Assembly: GCF_002506515.1 (NCBI RefSeq)
Contig: NZ_DAXS01000068.1
Span: forward strand, 20,927 to 84,926
Source of the DNA: Caldivirga sp. UBA161
GTDB taxonomy: Archaea; Thermoproteota; Thermoprotei; Thermoproteales; Thermocladiaceae
Direction of reading: 5' to 3'
Length of the DNA stretch: 64,000 nucleotides
The notes beneath the pieces are model-generated. The model was given only the letters and a program-made list of their open reading frames with translations. It had not been told where the DNA came from and searched no databases. The position numbers and the translations under genes were made by a program. Positions 19,913 to 29,927 of the stretch are shown here, piece by piece; the stretch's first letter is position 1, and each line of letters begins with the position of its first letter.

Positions 19913-21016
19913 ATGGTAAGTATGATTATTGAGGATAAGTTAAGCAGAGTAAGGTCCCTTATTAAGGATAAGGGGGCTTCGGCATTAATCCTAACTAACC
20001 CAAGTAACATGGGTTACTTACTTGGCTATGAAGATGGGCTGCTGGCTTACATTGATGATTCGGCAATTAAAGTCATTACCCCATTACTAGACTGGGAGAG
20101 GGCTAGGGAGTTAGTTAATGGTAAGGCTGATGTAGTGGCTTACTCAAGTTATAAATTACCCACGGGGGGTAATGTGATTTGGGGTTCTGATGAATTAATT
20201 AAGGTAATTACATCATGGATTAAGCCAGGCTCAAGCATACTAATTGACGATTCAAGTAAGCAATTCGTTAGGAAAGCTATTGACGCTGTTAATGCTAAGC
20301 CCATTGATGCTTCTGCAGATATTCTTGATGCCAGGTCTGTTAAAACCCCTGAGGAGGTTGAGTTAATTAAGGGGGCAATCAACATAACCCTTAGGGTTTT
20401 AAAGGAGTTATATGGGATGAGGATCATTGGGATGAGGGAGAGGGATCTAGCCGCATATATTTACCATGGGTTAATAAGCTACGGCGGAGATGAAGTTGCC
20501 TTTAATCCAATAGTCGGCTCAGGTCCAAATGGAGCTAAGCCTCACCATACGCATAGTGATAGGCGTATTGGCATTAATGAAGCTGTGGTAATTGACATTG
20601 GCGTACGGTACAGGCTATACTGCTCAGACTTAACTAGGACTTTAGTGACTGGGCCACTTGAGGGTAAGCTTAAGGATGCTTACAATGCTGTTATTGAAGC
20701 CTCAAGGAGGGCGATAAGCGTTGTTAAACCGGGGGTTAAGGCAAGTGAAGTTGATGCTGCAGCTAGGGAGGTGATTAATGAGTATGGCTTTGCCTGGGGC
20801 TTTATACATAGCCTTGGCCATGGAGTGGGGGTTGAGGTTCATGAGAGGCCAGCGGTTGGGCCTAATAGTAATGACGTGTTGAAGGAAGGTAATGTAATCA
20901 CCATTGAACCAGGCATCTACATTAAGGATGTGGGTGGTGTTAGGGTTGAGAACATGATTCTAGTTACTGAGAGTGGTGCAGAGGTTTTAACTAGGGATGA
21001 GTACGCCTATGTTTAA
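19913..21016 (+). CDS. M24B-family Xaa-Pro dipeptidase/aminopeptidase
   Basis: 367-aa ORF with a creatinase-like N-domain plus pita-bread fold. It has DIGVRY..YCSDLTRT, HSLGHGVGVEVHE and ITIEPGIY motifs. Confidence 0.85.
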   Translation: MVSMIIEDKLSRVRSLIKDKGASALILTNPSNMGYLLGYEDGLLAYIDDSAIKVITPLLDWERARELVNGKADVVAYSSYKLPTGGNVIWGSDELIKVITSWIKPGSSILIDDSSKQFVRKAIDAVNAKPIDASADILDARSVKTPEEVELIKGAINITLRVLKELYGMRIIGMRERDLAAYIYHGLISYGGDEVAFNPIVGSGPNGAKPHHTHSDRRIGINEAVVIDIGVRYRLYCSDLTRTLVTGPLEGKLKDAYNAVIEASRRAISVVKPGVKASEVDAAAREVINEYGFAWGFIHSLGHGVGVEVHERPAVGPNSNDVLKEGNVITIEPGIYIKDVGGVRVENMILVTESGAEVLTRDEYAYV

Positions 21017-21060
21017 CCATTTAGGCAAAGCTTATTAACAGCCGTTAATATAGCATATTA

Positions 21061-22125
21061 ATGAGGAGTAATATAAAGGTATCAATAGCAGGTGTGGGTA
21101 ATTGCGCCTCCGCCTTGGTTCAAGGTGTCCAATACTATAGGTTAACTAATGATGCGACTGGCGTAACCTTCAAGGAGATCAATGGGTACAGTATTAGTGA
21201 TATTAAATTCACTGCGGCCTTTGATGTTGACGCCAGGAAGGTTGGTAAAGATCTGGCTGATGCAATATTCACTCCTCCAAATAATGCCTTAAAGATAATT
21301 GACGTAGATAAGACTGGCGTTATTGTTAAGCCAGGGCCACTACTGGATGGCATAGCCCCTGAGCTTGCCGGGTCGCACATACCTGTGGTTGAGGCTAAGG
21401 TCGATGATGTGGTTAAAGAGCTGGAATCCACGAATTCCGAAATCCTAATCAATTACCTGCCTACAGGTGCTCAGAAGGCGTCAGAGGCCTACGCTGAGGC
21501 TGCATTAAGAGCCGGTGTAGGCTTTGTGAATGCCATGCCTTCTCAAATAGCCACTGCGGAGCAGTGGCAGGCTAAGTTCACTAAGGCTGGCTTACCACTA
21601 CTTGGTGATGATATTCAGAATCAGTTGGGGGCCACTGTGCTTCATAAAACCATAATGCACCTACTATCATTAAGGGGATTAAAAGTAGTGGGTACGTATC
21701 AACTTAACGTTGGTGGAACACCAGACTTCCTTAACTTAAATTATAGGAAGGGGCAGAAGGAGAAGACTAAGACTGCTGCAGTTAAGAAGATGGTTAAGGA
21801 GCAGGACTTCGACGCCTACATAACGCCAGTGGCCCACATTGGCTTCCTGGGTGGTAGGAAGAGGGCTCACATGTTTATTGAGGCGCAGGGTTTTGCCGGT
21901 GTTCCAGTTAAGATTGAAGTTAGCCTTGAGGTTCATGATCCATGGAATAACGCTGGCGTTATGGTTGATGTATTAAGGTTAATGAAGGTGGCCTTAGATA
22001 GAGGCGTTGCTGGCCCGATATATAGTGTTGCCGCTTGGGCTTTTAAGAACCCGCCAGTGCATGCGCCACCTGATGAGGCGTACAATTGGTTAATGGAGTT
22101 CATTGAAGGTAAGAGGGATAATTGA
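21061..22125 (+). CDS. myo-Inositol-1-phosphate synthase (short prokaryotic type)
   Basis: 354-aa ORF. The N-terminal KVSIAGVGNCASALVQGVQYY matches the Rossmann start of actinobacterial/archaeal Ino1-type enzymes. Confidence 0.8.
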   Translation: MRSNIKVSIAGVGNCASALVQGVQYYRLTNDATGVTFKEINGYSISDIKFTAAFDVDARKVGKDLADAIFTPPNNALKIIDVDKTGVIVKPGPLLDGIAPELAGSHIPVVEAKVDDVVKELESTNSEILINYLPTGAQKASEAYAEAALRAGVGFVNAMPSQIATAEQWQAKFTKAGLPLLGDDIQNQLGATVLHKTIMHLLSLRGLKVVGTYQLNVGGTPDFLNLNYRKGQKEKTKTAAVKKMVKEQDFDAYITPVAHIGFLGGRKRAHMFIEAQGFAGVPVKIEVSLEVHDPWNNAGVMVDVLRLMKVALDRGVAGPIYSVAAWAFKNPPVHAPPDEAYNWLMEFIEGKRDN

Positions 22126-22218
22126 ATTACCTATTAAATTAAGGCTCCTTAATATACCCATGATTAAAACCTCATTAATAGGTTAACGCTTAAAAATAAT
22201 CATAAGCATATTCAACCA

Positions 22219-22740
22219 ATGAACAGTATGCATGGTGGTGCCGTGGGGTCAACAATAGTGAATTTCATTAAGGGTAATATTAATGCAGGTAGTGTTATTG
22301 CTGATATTGGGTGTGGAACAGGTAGGTTCACTAGTTTAGTAGCACCCATTGCATCACTGGTTTACTGTGTGGATAGTAATGAGGATGCAATTAGTGAGGC
22401 TAGGAGGAGCATTAAGTCAAGTAATGTAGTTTTCCTAAATGAGAATGCTGATTCATTATCAATACCTGATCATTCCATTGACGTTGTTCTCCTGGCATTC
22501 TCATTCCACGATATGGCTAATAGGGAGGCTGTGGTGAATGAAATTAAGAGGGTAATTAAGCCTGGTGGTAAAGTTATTATTGTTGATTGGGTTAAGGAGA
22601 GGACACCAATGGGGCCTCCTGTGGATATTAGGTTAAGTGAGGAGGATTATATTAAGGCTTTTAAGGAATTTAAGCCCCTTCAAGTTAGTAAGGTGAGCCA
22701 ATACCATTATGGGATTGTGCTTAAGGCCCCTGAAGCTTAA
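22219..22740 (+). CDS. Class I SAM-dependent methyltransferase
   Basis: 173-aa ORF with motif I DIGCGTGRF and a post-II acidic region. Size is typical of the Methyltransf_11 type. Confidence 0.75.
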   Translation: MNSMHGGAVGSTIVNFIKGNINAGSVIADIGCGTGRFTSLVAPIASLVYCVDSNEDAISEARRSIKSSNVVFLNENADSLSIPDHSIDVVLLAFSFHDMANREAVVNEIKRVIKPGGKVIIVDWVKERTPMGPPVDIRLSEEDYIKAFKEFKPLQVSKVSQYHYGIVLKAPEA

Positions 22741-22802
22741 TTATTAATCTTAATTATTAATGTAGAGAAATATTTATTAAACCTTTAAACGCAAAACTCA
22801 TA

Positions 22803-24485
22803 ATGATTACTAATACTACCACGCAAAGCCAAATATTGCTTAGTAATATAAGTAGAATTATTGAATTTAATGCTAGTAAAATAATTGAAAATGTTGAATT
22901 AAGATTTGATCAATATATAAGCGTTATAAACGTGGTGCTGAATAATTCAACATACTACACTCAGTCAAATTCAACAGTCGGCATAGCCACTAAGCCTGTG
23001 CCTAAAGGTTATGTGCCATTCATATTAATTACATACATAATTTATGCAATATTTATAGTGATTGTGCTAGCTCAATTATTAACAATGATGCATTCTGCGT
23101 ACGCTAGGTTAAGGGTAATGAAGAATGCGGGATCATCGATTAGTAATGTAGGCTGGTTACCCCTAGTTTCAGTAATAATACCTGTTAAGGGGGAGGGGAT
23201 TGATGCAATTGAGGATGCCGTTAAGAGGATTATAGGTCTTGACTACCCTAGGGATAAGCTTGAGGTAATAGTGGCCACTGATGATGATGAAGCCACAGCC
23301 AATTTAATTAAGAGTACGGTTGAAAGAATAGGCAGGGTTTATGGATTACGAACATTAGTTAACTGGAGGAGTAAACCAATAGGCTACAAGGGTGGCGCCA
23401 TTAATGAGGCCGCTAAGTTAGCGAGGGGGGATGTTTTACTAATACTTGATGTAGACACAACCCTACCTAGGAATTACTTGAAGGTTGCATTAAACTACCT
23501 TAACGAGGGGTATGATGCTGTTGGGGCACCATTCCTGGGTACGCCTAAGGTACCTAATAGCTTCAGTTGGCCCCTAATGATACTATTTAACATACTTAGT
23601 GAAATTCAGATCGTTGGTAGGGCTCTTTCTAGGTTTAGAAGGGGATTTTACATGATTATAGGTAATAATCTCTTGATTAGGAGGGAATTCTTCAATAGGA
23701 TTAATGGATTATGTTACTGTAAGTCCGATGATATTGATATAGCCTTAAGAATATGGTTAATGGGTGGTAGGATAGGAATAATGAATGAGAGAGTATTAAC
23801 TGAAATACCTAGTACATATAGTGCCTTCAGGTCTCAAACAATAAGATGGGCTACCAATGACATGTGGGCCCTCAAGAGGTACTTCATGGAGATACTTAAG
23901 TCAAGGAACAGGGGCGTTATTGATAAGGTAGATGCCTACCTATGGTTACTTAAGTACCCGTTAGTGTACCTAGGTGTTATTTCAATAGTAACAATGATAA
24001 TAATGCAGGTATTTAACATACTCATACCACCATTACCAATACTGGTACTCTCAATACTTACTGATGTAGTTGGAGTGGCATTACTAATTATGATAATAAT
24101 GGTTGGGAGGAGAATGAATTACGGTTACTGGGACTTATTTAAATCACTTATTGTTGGTGGATTAACAATGTATGCGTTAACATTCCCATTAATGATATAC
24201 TTGGCTAAGGCCTTACTAAGTGACTTACCATGGTTGTATACGCCTAAGGCTTCTAAGGCATTATTAAGGCAAAAGTTCATTATTGAACGTTCATCAATAA
24301 TAGCCTTAATAGTGCTTGGGGTAGTGTTATTTATGATGGGGCATGTGATAGTATCATTATACGTCTTCGCCAATTCATTATTAATACTAATGGGGTACAG
24401 GATTGGTACCATTAATCCAGTAAATAGGTTAGGTCATTCAAATAATGATTACATACTAAGTAATTTAGCCAGTAATCTTAATTAA
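22803..24485 (+). CDS. Membrane-embedded family-2 glycosyltransferase of the processive (cellulose/chitin/hyaluronan-synthase-like) type
   Basis: 560-aa ORF. The order is N-terminal TM, GT-A domain (VIIPVKGE, ATDDDE, LILDVDT), then a QxxRW-type motif (RSQTIRWA), followed by 4-5 C-terminal TMs. Confidence 0.8.
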   Translation: MITNTTTQSQILLSNISRIIEFNASKIIENVELRFDQYISVINVVLNNSTYYTQSNSTVGIATKPVPKGYVPFILITYIIYAIFIVIVLAQLLTMMHSAYARLRVMKNAGSSISNVGWLPLVSVIIPVKGEGIDAIEDAVKRIIGLDYPRDKLEVIVATDDDEATANLIKSTVERIGRVYGLRTLVNWRSKPIGYKGGAINEAAKLARGDVLLILDVDTTLPRNYLKVALNYLNEGYDAVGAPFLGTPKVPNSFSWPLMILFNILSEIQIVGRALSRFRRGFYMIIGNNLLIRREFFNRINGLCYCKSDDIDIALRIWLMGGRIGIMNERVLTEIPSTYSAFRSQTIRWATNDMWALKRYFMEILKSRNRGVIDKVDAYLWLLKYPLVYLGVISIVTMIIMQVFNILIPPLPILVLSILTDVVGVALLIMIIMVGRRMNYGYWDLFKSLIVGGLTMYALTFPLMIYLAKALLSDLPWLYTPKASKALLRQKFIIERSSIIALIVLGVVLFMMGHVIVSLYVFANSLLILMGYRIGTINPVNRLGHSNNDYILSNLASNLN

Positions 24486-24542
24486 CCCATTTAGTGAAAA
24501 TACCTTTTCAATGATTAGCGCTTAATCATTTAAGTTATTAAC

Positions 24543-25376
24543 CTAGTAAAGACCTAATTGCCCACTATGCCTAAGCCTTATCGTAGTTATGTTAACTATA
24601 ATCCACGCTAATGCACCTAGCGCTATTATCATGACCAGTGAGTACATTAATTGAATGGAAATCGGCATGTTAATTTCATTAACTCCCAATGCTGATTCCC
24701 TCATTAGAATTACTGGATAAGCTATTGGTGAGTACTTATTAATTACCTTAACGTATCCATTAACCTCCCCTGGTATTAAGCCTCCAAACGTTGGCAGTAT
24801 GAATTGAATAATGTTAGTTATGACCCAATTAGACTTAAGCCTTATCACTAGCATTGAGTAAATCACTGAAATGAATAATAATTCCAGCGTCACTAATACT
24901 AGTGATAATATAAGTAATGAGGGATTAATTAGGCTTACCCCAGTGTTAAATAGTATGGCGAAGCTTCCTACTATTACAACTAGGTCCATTAACTCATAGG
25001 TAATTAATGATAATCCCCAGCCAATGAAGTGAATTAACAAGTCCTCTCCCCCGGCTAATACGTATTCTAAGACTCCATCATAACCCTCATCCATTATACC
25101 GTGGCCAAAAGCCCATAACCATGTTGTGTATAGTGAGAATGTGTATGCAATCCAAAGGAATAATTGAAGATCAATACTGCTTAGTTTAATTACTCCATAA
25201 CCCCTAAGTGTTAGTATGAAGAATGCTAACCAGAGTGGTGTGGATACTATGAATGCTATATTTTCAGCTGGTTTAGAGAACAGTACCCTAACTCCCCTTT
25301 CAAACTCCAGGGCTACTTTACCTAATACCACTCTTAAGTACGCTCCTTTCAATTCTACCATAGGTGAACACCCCAA
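24543..25376 (-). CDS. ABC-2-type transporter permease
   Basis: 277-aa ORF with six hydrophobic segments. It is the last gene of an ATPase-permease-permease operon. The start is uncertain because it overlaps the upstream gene. Confidence 0.6.
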   Translation of the reverse strand: MGCSPMVELKGAYLRVVLGKVALEFERGVRVLFSKPAENIAFIVSTPLWLAFFILTLRGYGVIKLSSIDLQLFLWIAYTFSLYTTWLWAFGHGIMDEGYDGVLEYVLAGGEDLLIHFIGWGLSLITYELMDLVVIVGSFAILFNTGVSLINPSLLILSLVLVTLELLFISVIYSMLVIRLKSNWVITNIIQFILPTFGGLIPGEVNGYVKVINKYSPIAYPVILMRESALGVNEINMPISIQLMYSLVMIIALGALAWIIVNITTIRLRHSGQLGLY

Positions 25377-26094
25377 GCATTAGGTAAGCCACCGTTGAGG
25401 CTATTAAGCCGTATAGTAATGCCGAAGCTCCATTACCCATTATTATGCTTATGGTGGTTTGGTAAAGCTGATACATTGGCATAGCCACCACTATTGCGTT
25501 AATCCACTTGGGTAATACATATAATGGGTATGTTGCCCCCGAGAGTACTGTTATTAGCGATGTGACTACATTCATTAATGCATCCACATCCCTAATCCTA
25601 ATTACTACACCTGCTAATGCAAGTCCAATGCCGTAAAGCGGCATTAACCCTATGATTATGATTATCATGGATGGTATTAACCTAATTAATCCGCTTAATC
25701 CAAAGGCGCCGTAAATTATAGGTAATGAAGCTACAACATATGCCCCTACGTTAACAAGCACCATCACCATGGATGTAGCGAAAAGCACCATATACATGCT
25801 CACTGGAGTAGCCATAAGAGCCTCAAGCCTCCCCCCACTCCTCTCCTCATTAAGGAACCTGGCTCCTGTCTGAACCATTATTACAGACACCATTATTACC
25901 TCAAAGCCTATGAATTGCCTAATGAAATCCACACCATTAACCCTAGTGAAGAAGGATGCCATGGCGGCCATACCACCTGCCACTAGGTAAGGCATTATTA
26001 TCAGGATTATTAAGCCTCCGGGCTCCCTTGAAACTATCTTAAACTCGTTAACCATTATTGCCCAAAATAAGCTAAGTTTATCCGTAATCCTCAC
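25318..26094 (-). CDS. ABC-2-type transporter permease
   Basis: 258-aa polytopic ORF. Its start overlaps the stop of the ATPase gene by 4 nt. Confidence 0.65.
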   Translation of the reverse strand: MRITDKLSLFWAIMVNEFKIVSREPGGLIILIIMPYLVAGGMAAMASFFTRVNGVDFIRQFIGFEVIMVSVIMVQTGARFLNEERSGGRLEALMATPVSMYMVLFATSMVMVLVNVGAYVVASLPIIYGAFGLSGLIRLIPSMIIIIIGLMPLYGIGLALAGVVIRIRDVDALMNVVTSLITVLSGATYPLYVLPKWINAIVVAMPMYQLYQTTISIIMGNGASALLYGLIASTVAYLMLGVFTYGRIERSVLKSGIR

Positions 26095-27002
26095 TTGGAG
26101 ACCACCTTAATGTAGGCCTCCTCCAGGGTTGGTTCATTAACTCTGATCCTACTTATTCTAAGTCCATTATCCTCAGCCTCAAGCATTATCCTCCTAAGCT
26201 CAGCCACGGGATCAGTGGTCTCAACCCTAATTATGCTGCTTCCTGAATCACCACTCACCTCAGCCTCAATAATATACCTTAAACCAAGCTTATCCTTAAT
26301 ATCCCTCGGTGAACCCTCAACCAAAACCTTCCCCTCACTAATTATGCCAACCCTATCACACACCTCCTCAACCTCCCATAAATTATGGCTGGTTAACAAT
26401 ATTGCCCTCCCCTCCTTCTTAAGGCTCTTAATGAGACTCCTAATTGACCTAGCTGACACTGGATCCAGGCCTATTGTTGGTTCATCTAGGAAAACCACGG
26501 GTGGGTCGTGGATTAGGGCCCTGGCTATTGATAACCTAGCCCTCATGCCTAGGCTATACTCCTCATAAGGCCTATTGGCTGCCCAATCAAGGTTAACTAA
26601 CTTAAGTAATTCCTTACCCCTCTCCTCAGCCTTCGCCCTACTTAATCCATATAACCTACCAAAGTACACCAGGTTCTCGAATCCGCTTAACCTTGAGTAG
26701 AATCCCTTATCTGGGTAAAGCACAAGCCCTATAATCCCCCTAACTCTTCCAGCTTCCTTAACTACATCAAAGCCATTAACCCTAGCTAACCCTGAATCCG
26801 GTATTAATAATGTTGATAGAATCTTAACCGTGGTAGTCTTACCGGCGCCGTTGGGGCCTAATAAGCCATACACCTCACCCCACTTAATGCTTAATGATAC
26901 ACCGTTTAACGCATTAACCCTAGCCTTCCTCCTCTTAATTAACCCAACCCTCTCATAGCTTATGAAACTTTTCCTAAGGTCAATGGCCTCAACGGCGCTC
27001 AT
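26091..27002 (-). CDS. ABC transporter ATP-binding protein (ABC-2/DrrA-like)
   Basis: 303-aa ORF with Walker A GPNGAGKTT, an LSxGxxxR-type signature (YSLGMRARLSIA), Walker B VVFLDEPT and an H-loop TSHN. Confidence 0.9.
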   Translation of the reverse strand: MSAVEAIDLRKSFISYERVGLIKRRKARVNALNGVSLSIKWGEVYGLLGPNGAGKTTTVKILSTLLIPDSGLARVNGFDVVKEAGRVRGIIGLVLYPDKGFYSRLSGFENLVYFGRLYGLSRAKAEERGKELLKLVNLDWAANRPYEEYSLGMRARLSIARALIHDPPVVFLDEPTIGLDPVSARSIRSLIKSLKKEGRAILLTSHNLWEVEEVCDRVGIISEGKVLVEGSPRDIKDKLGLRYIIEAEVSGDSGSSIIRVETTDPVAELRRIMLEAEDNGLRISRIRVNEPTLEEAYIKVVSK

Positions 27003-27052
27003 TAGCTTTATCCACTGGTTGCTAGGAATTTAAACGTAAGCATAATGCCACT

Positions 27053-27427
27053 TCACTTAGCCTGCTTACCCTGTTCACTAATCAGCTTATTAATCATACT
27101 GAGCGCATTAAGTAGATTAGTTAAGGTTACTGCATAATGATTTACTTCATCAATATCATTGGCCTTAGGTAATTCCCTCGATAATTCCATTATCTTAGAG
27201 AAGACCACATCCCTTACATTGATTAAGCCATACTTAATGTTAACCTCCCTCTCCTCCTCCTCACTCTTAACCACGACAACTTCCCTATCACAATTGGCGC
27301 AATAGTAGTTACCACTCTTAAGTTTAAGCAACGGCGTCCCACATACTGGGCAAGTATACTGAGTTAACACTGCCCCCTGCCTAATTAATTGAGCCATCTT
27401 CTTAGCTACTGAATCCTCCTTAGCCAT
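27053..27427 (-). CDS. UPF0148/Sjogren-autoantigen-p27-like zinc-ribbon protein
   Basis: 124-aa ORF. CPVCGTPLLKLKSGNYYCANCD is a C4 zinc ribbon, preceded by MAQLIRQGA... and followed by a helical tail. Confidence 0.6.
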   Translation of the reverse strand: MAKEDSVAKKMAQLIRQGAVLTQYTCPVCGTPLLKLKSGNYYCANCDREVVVVKSEEEEREVNIKYGLINVRDVVFSKIMELSRELPKANDIDEVNHYAVTLTNLLNALSMINKLISEQGKQAK

Positions 27428-27468
27428 AATTAATTCAATCGTAGGGGCTATTTAAAAAACAAACTACG

Positions 27469-29796
27469 TTAGGAACGTAGAACATGTGGTGAAGCCTTAA
27501 TGAAGCGTACCTTAAACTCACCCATTGAGTAGACCTTATCATAAGTAACTGGTATATTCGTTAGCCTACCGTATTTACCTAAATCTATGCTAAATACATT
27601 AGCATCACCGTAAACCTCAACTAAGAGATTATGAAGGGCATCGGCCGTTAAGTTTATTGAATCAACCGCACTATATGCTATCAATGCCCCATCCTTAACG
27701 TAAATTGGTATTCTACTTATTGGTGAATATGCAGTAATAGTTGTTGGGCCTTTAATAATATTCATACTCCAGTAATCGTACCAATTTCCTTCAGGTAGGT
27801 AAACTGATCTCATATCCCCTGAGAATATGGGTGCTATTAGCATGTACTCACCAAACATGTATTCATCCTCGATGTCTCTAACAGCCTCATCGTTGGGGTA
27901 ATCCATTACAAGTGGCCTAACGAACGGCTTACCAGCCCTTAAGCCTTCAATTACTTGAGAGTAAATGTATGGTATTAAGGAGTACTTAAACTTAATGAAT
28001 CCTTTAACTATATTGAAGGCTTCCTCCCCATACCTCCAAGGTTCCCTCTCACTTACCCCATGGAATCTACTATGCGTTAGTAGTAGGCCCATTTGAGCCC
28101 ACCTAATGTAAAGCTCAACAGTGGGTTTACTAGCGTAGCCGCCAATATCCACACTTGAGTACATTATTCCAGAGGTGGCCATTGATAACACGCCCCTAAG
28201 TGATGCAGCCATACCCCTCTCCGTGGAATCAGGATCCCCAGTCCACCTTATTGGGTACTTATGGATACCTAATCCCCCTGACCTACCCCAGACTATTGCC
28301 TCCCCCCTCTCACCCTTTATCGCCTCATAAACAGCCCTATTGTAGAGGACTGGGTATAGGTTATGTATGCATGAGTTAACACCTATTGAGTACTCACCCT
28401 CCTCAGGAGCTCCTTCTCCGTAGTCGGTTTTAATTGCATCAATACCCAGTTTAAGTAGCCTCCTAATCTCCTCAATATATGCGTTACAAGCTTCACTCCT
28501 AGTGAAGTCGACTGCGCCGAAATCATCAGTCAAGTATCTGTATGTGAATAATTCACCACCCTTCCAGGCAGGCATCTCAACCATTGGCCTGCCCCTAACC
28601 TTAACTAGGAATCCCCTATTATTAAACTCATTAAACACCCTACTTCCAACTGGGGTGTATGGGTTAACCCATATACTAACCCTGAAGCCTAATTCATGAA
28701 TCCTCCTAATCATTGATGCTGGGTCAGGGAATCCATCATGCCACTCAAAGGTGCATCCCTGCCCAGTCCAAGGGTACTCTGAGGCTAGTTTAATGTACTT
28801 GTCAGGCCACTTAGACTTAATGTAATCAATCAATGGCCTAAAACTCCACCTACCGTTAACCCTATGATACTCCTCAAGCTCTTTCAAGTCCCCTTCACTG
28901 AGGCCTAGTTCCCTTAGGAACCTTCTAAGCGACTCCTTAACAGGCCTGAGGGTGTATATTGGGTCTATGTGAATTACGTCACCGGGTAACCCACGCCTCC
29001 TAACCTCCTCAGCGAATTTAATAACATCACCCTGAGTCCTATACTCAGAATACATGTACCCAGTATCCCTCCATAAACTATACCAAACACCAAAGGACCA
29101 TAGGGGTGGTATCTCAGGATGCCCGGTGAGTTCCCAGAATGCCTTAATGATTTTACTTGGTTCATTAGATAGAATTAAGTACATAATAACACTACTGGGT
29201 ATTACTAATTCCCCAACCCCAAGGTACCTTGAACCAAAGTCAAGAATAACGCGGCAGTAAGTGTCTATAAGCAGTCCATAACCCTCAGTGGACCAGAAGA
29301 ATGGGTAGGCTACGTAGGTTTTATCATTAGGTAAACCCCCTGGATCAACGACATATACCTCAAGCCTCTGCCCAACTCTATTAAGCCTATTAAACCACTC
29401 ACCAGCCCCATATATCCCCTCACCCGGCTTTATTGAGAATGGTATATGCAATTCATCACCAACTCTACGGAAGTAACCCCAGCCCACTGCAACTTTATTA
29501 CTGAATACCACCTTACTATTCCTCGAAATTGTTAGTGATAATGGATTAGTGTCAACAATTATTGAATATTCATTAATACTAGTACTAATGCTCCTAGGCT
29601 CAACAGCACCACTGGATTCACTTAACTCAATGCTAAGCGTAGTTGTATTTAATGGTAATCGCCTTATTGTTAAATTATAGGTTAATCCACTTATTAAAAC
29701 CCTCGCCATTAAAATAACCTCTGCATCCTTCAAGGTAGATTCATTCTCGATGGCGGAGAAGCTTATGGGCTTGCAGGGATTCATAATTGTACACAA
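27469..29796 (-). CDS. GH31 glycoside hydrolase, alpha-xylosidase (YicI/XylS)-like
   Basis: 775-aa ORF. The nucleophile region is GIDAIKTDYGE (the KTDxGE type seen in alpha-xylosidases), with WVNPY and GGLGIHKYPIRWTGD downstream. Confidence 0.85.
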   Translation of the reverse strand: MCTIMNPCKPISFSAIENESTLKDAEVILMARVLISGLTYNLTIRRLPLNTTTLSIELSESSGAVEPRSISTSINEYSIIVDTNPLSLTISRNSKVVFSNKVAVGWGYFRRVGDELHIPFSIKPGEGIYGAGEWFNRLNRVGQRLEVYVVDPGGLPNDKTYVAYPFFWSTEGYGLLIDTYCRVILDFGSRYLGVGELVIPSSVIMYLILSNEPSKIIKAFWELTGHPEIPPLWSFGVWYSLWRDTGYMYSEYRTQGDVIKFAEEVRRRGLPGDVIHIDPIYTLRPVKESLRRFLRELGLSEGDLKELEEYHRVNGRWSFRPLIDYIKSKWPDKYIKLASEYPWTGQGCTFEWHDGFPDPASMIRRIHELGFRVSIWVNPYTPVGSRVFNEFNNRGFLVKVRGRPMVEMPAWKGGELFTYRYLTDDFGAVDFTRSEACNAYIEEIRRLLKLGIDAIKTDYGEGAPEEGEYSIGVNSCIHNLYPVLYNRAVYEAIKGERGEAIVWGRSGGLGIHKYPIRWTGDPDSTERGMAASLRGVLSMATSGIMYSSVDIGGYASKPTVELYIRWAQMGLLLTHSRFHGVSEREPWRYGEEAFNIVKGFIKFKYSLIPYIYSQVIEGLRAGKPFVRPLVMDYPNDEAVRDIEDEYMFGEYMLIAPIFSGDMRSVYLPEGNWYDYWSMNIIKGPTTITAYSPISRIPIYVKDGALIAYSAVDSINLTADALHNLLVEVYGDANVFSIDLGKYGRLTNIPVTYDKVYSMGEFKVRFIKASPHVLRS

Positions 29797-29927
29797 TATT
29801 TCATTTACTTTTAAGTATTTACATCATTGATTTCCTGCATTAATACTAAAGTTTAATGAAGCATGATTAAGTTTGATTTAGATAACACTAGAATATTATA
29901 GGTTCTAAGCTTATTAAGGCTACCTGC

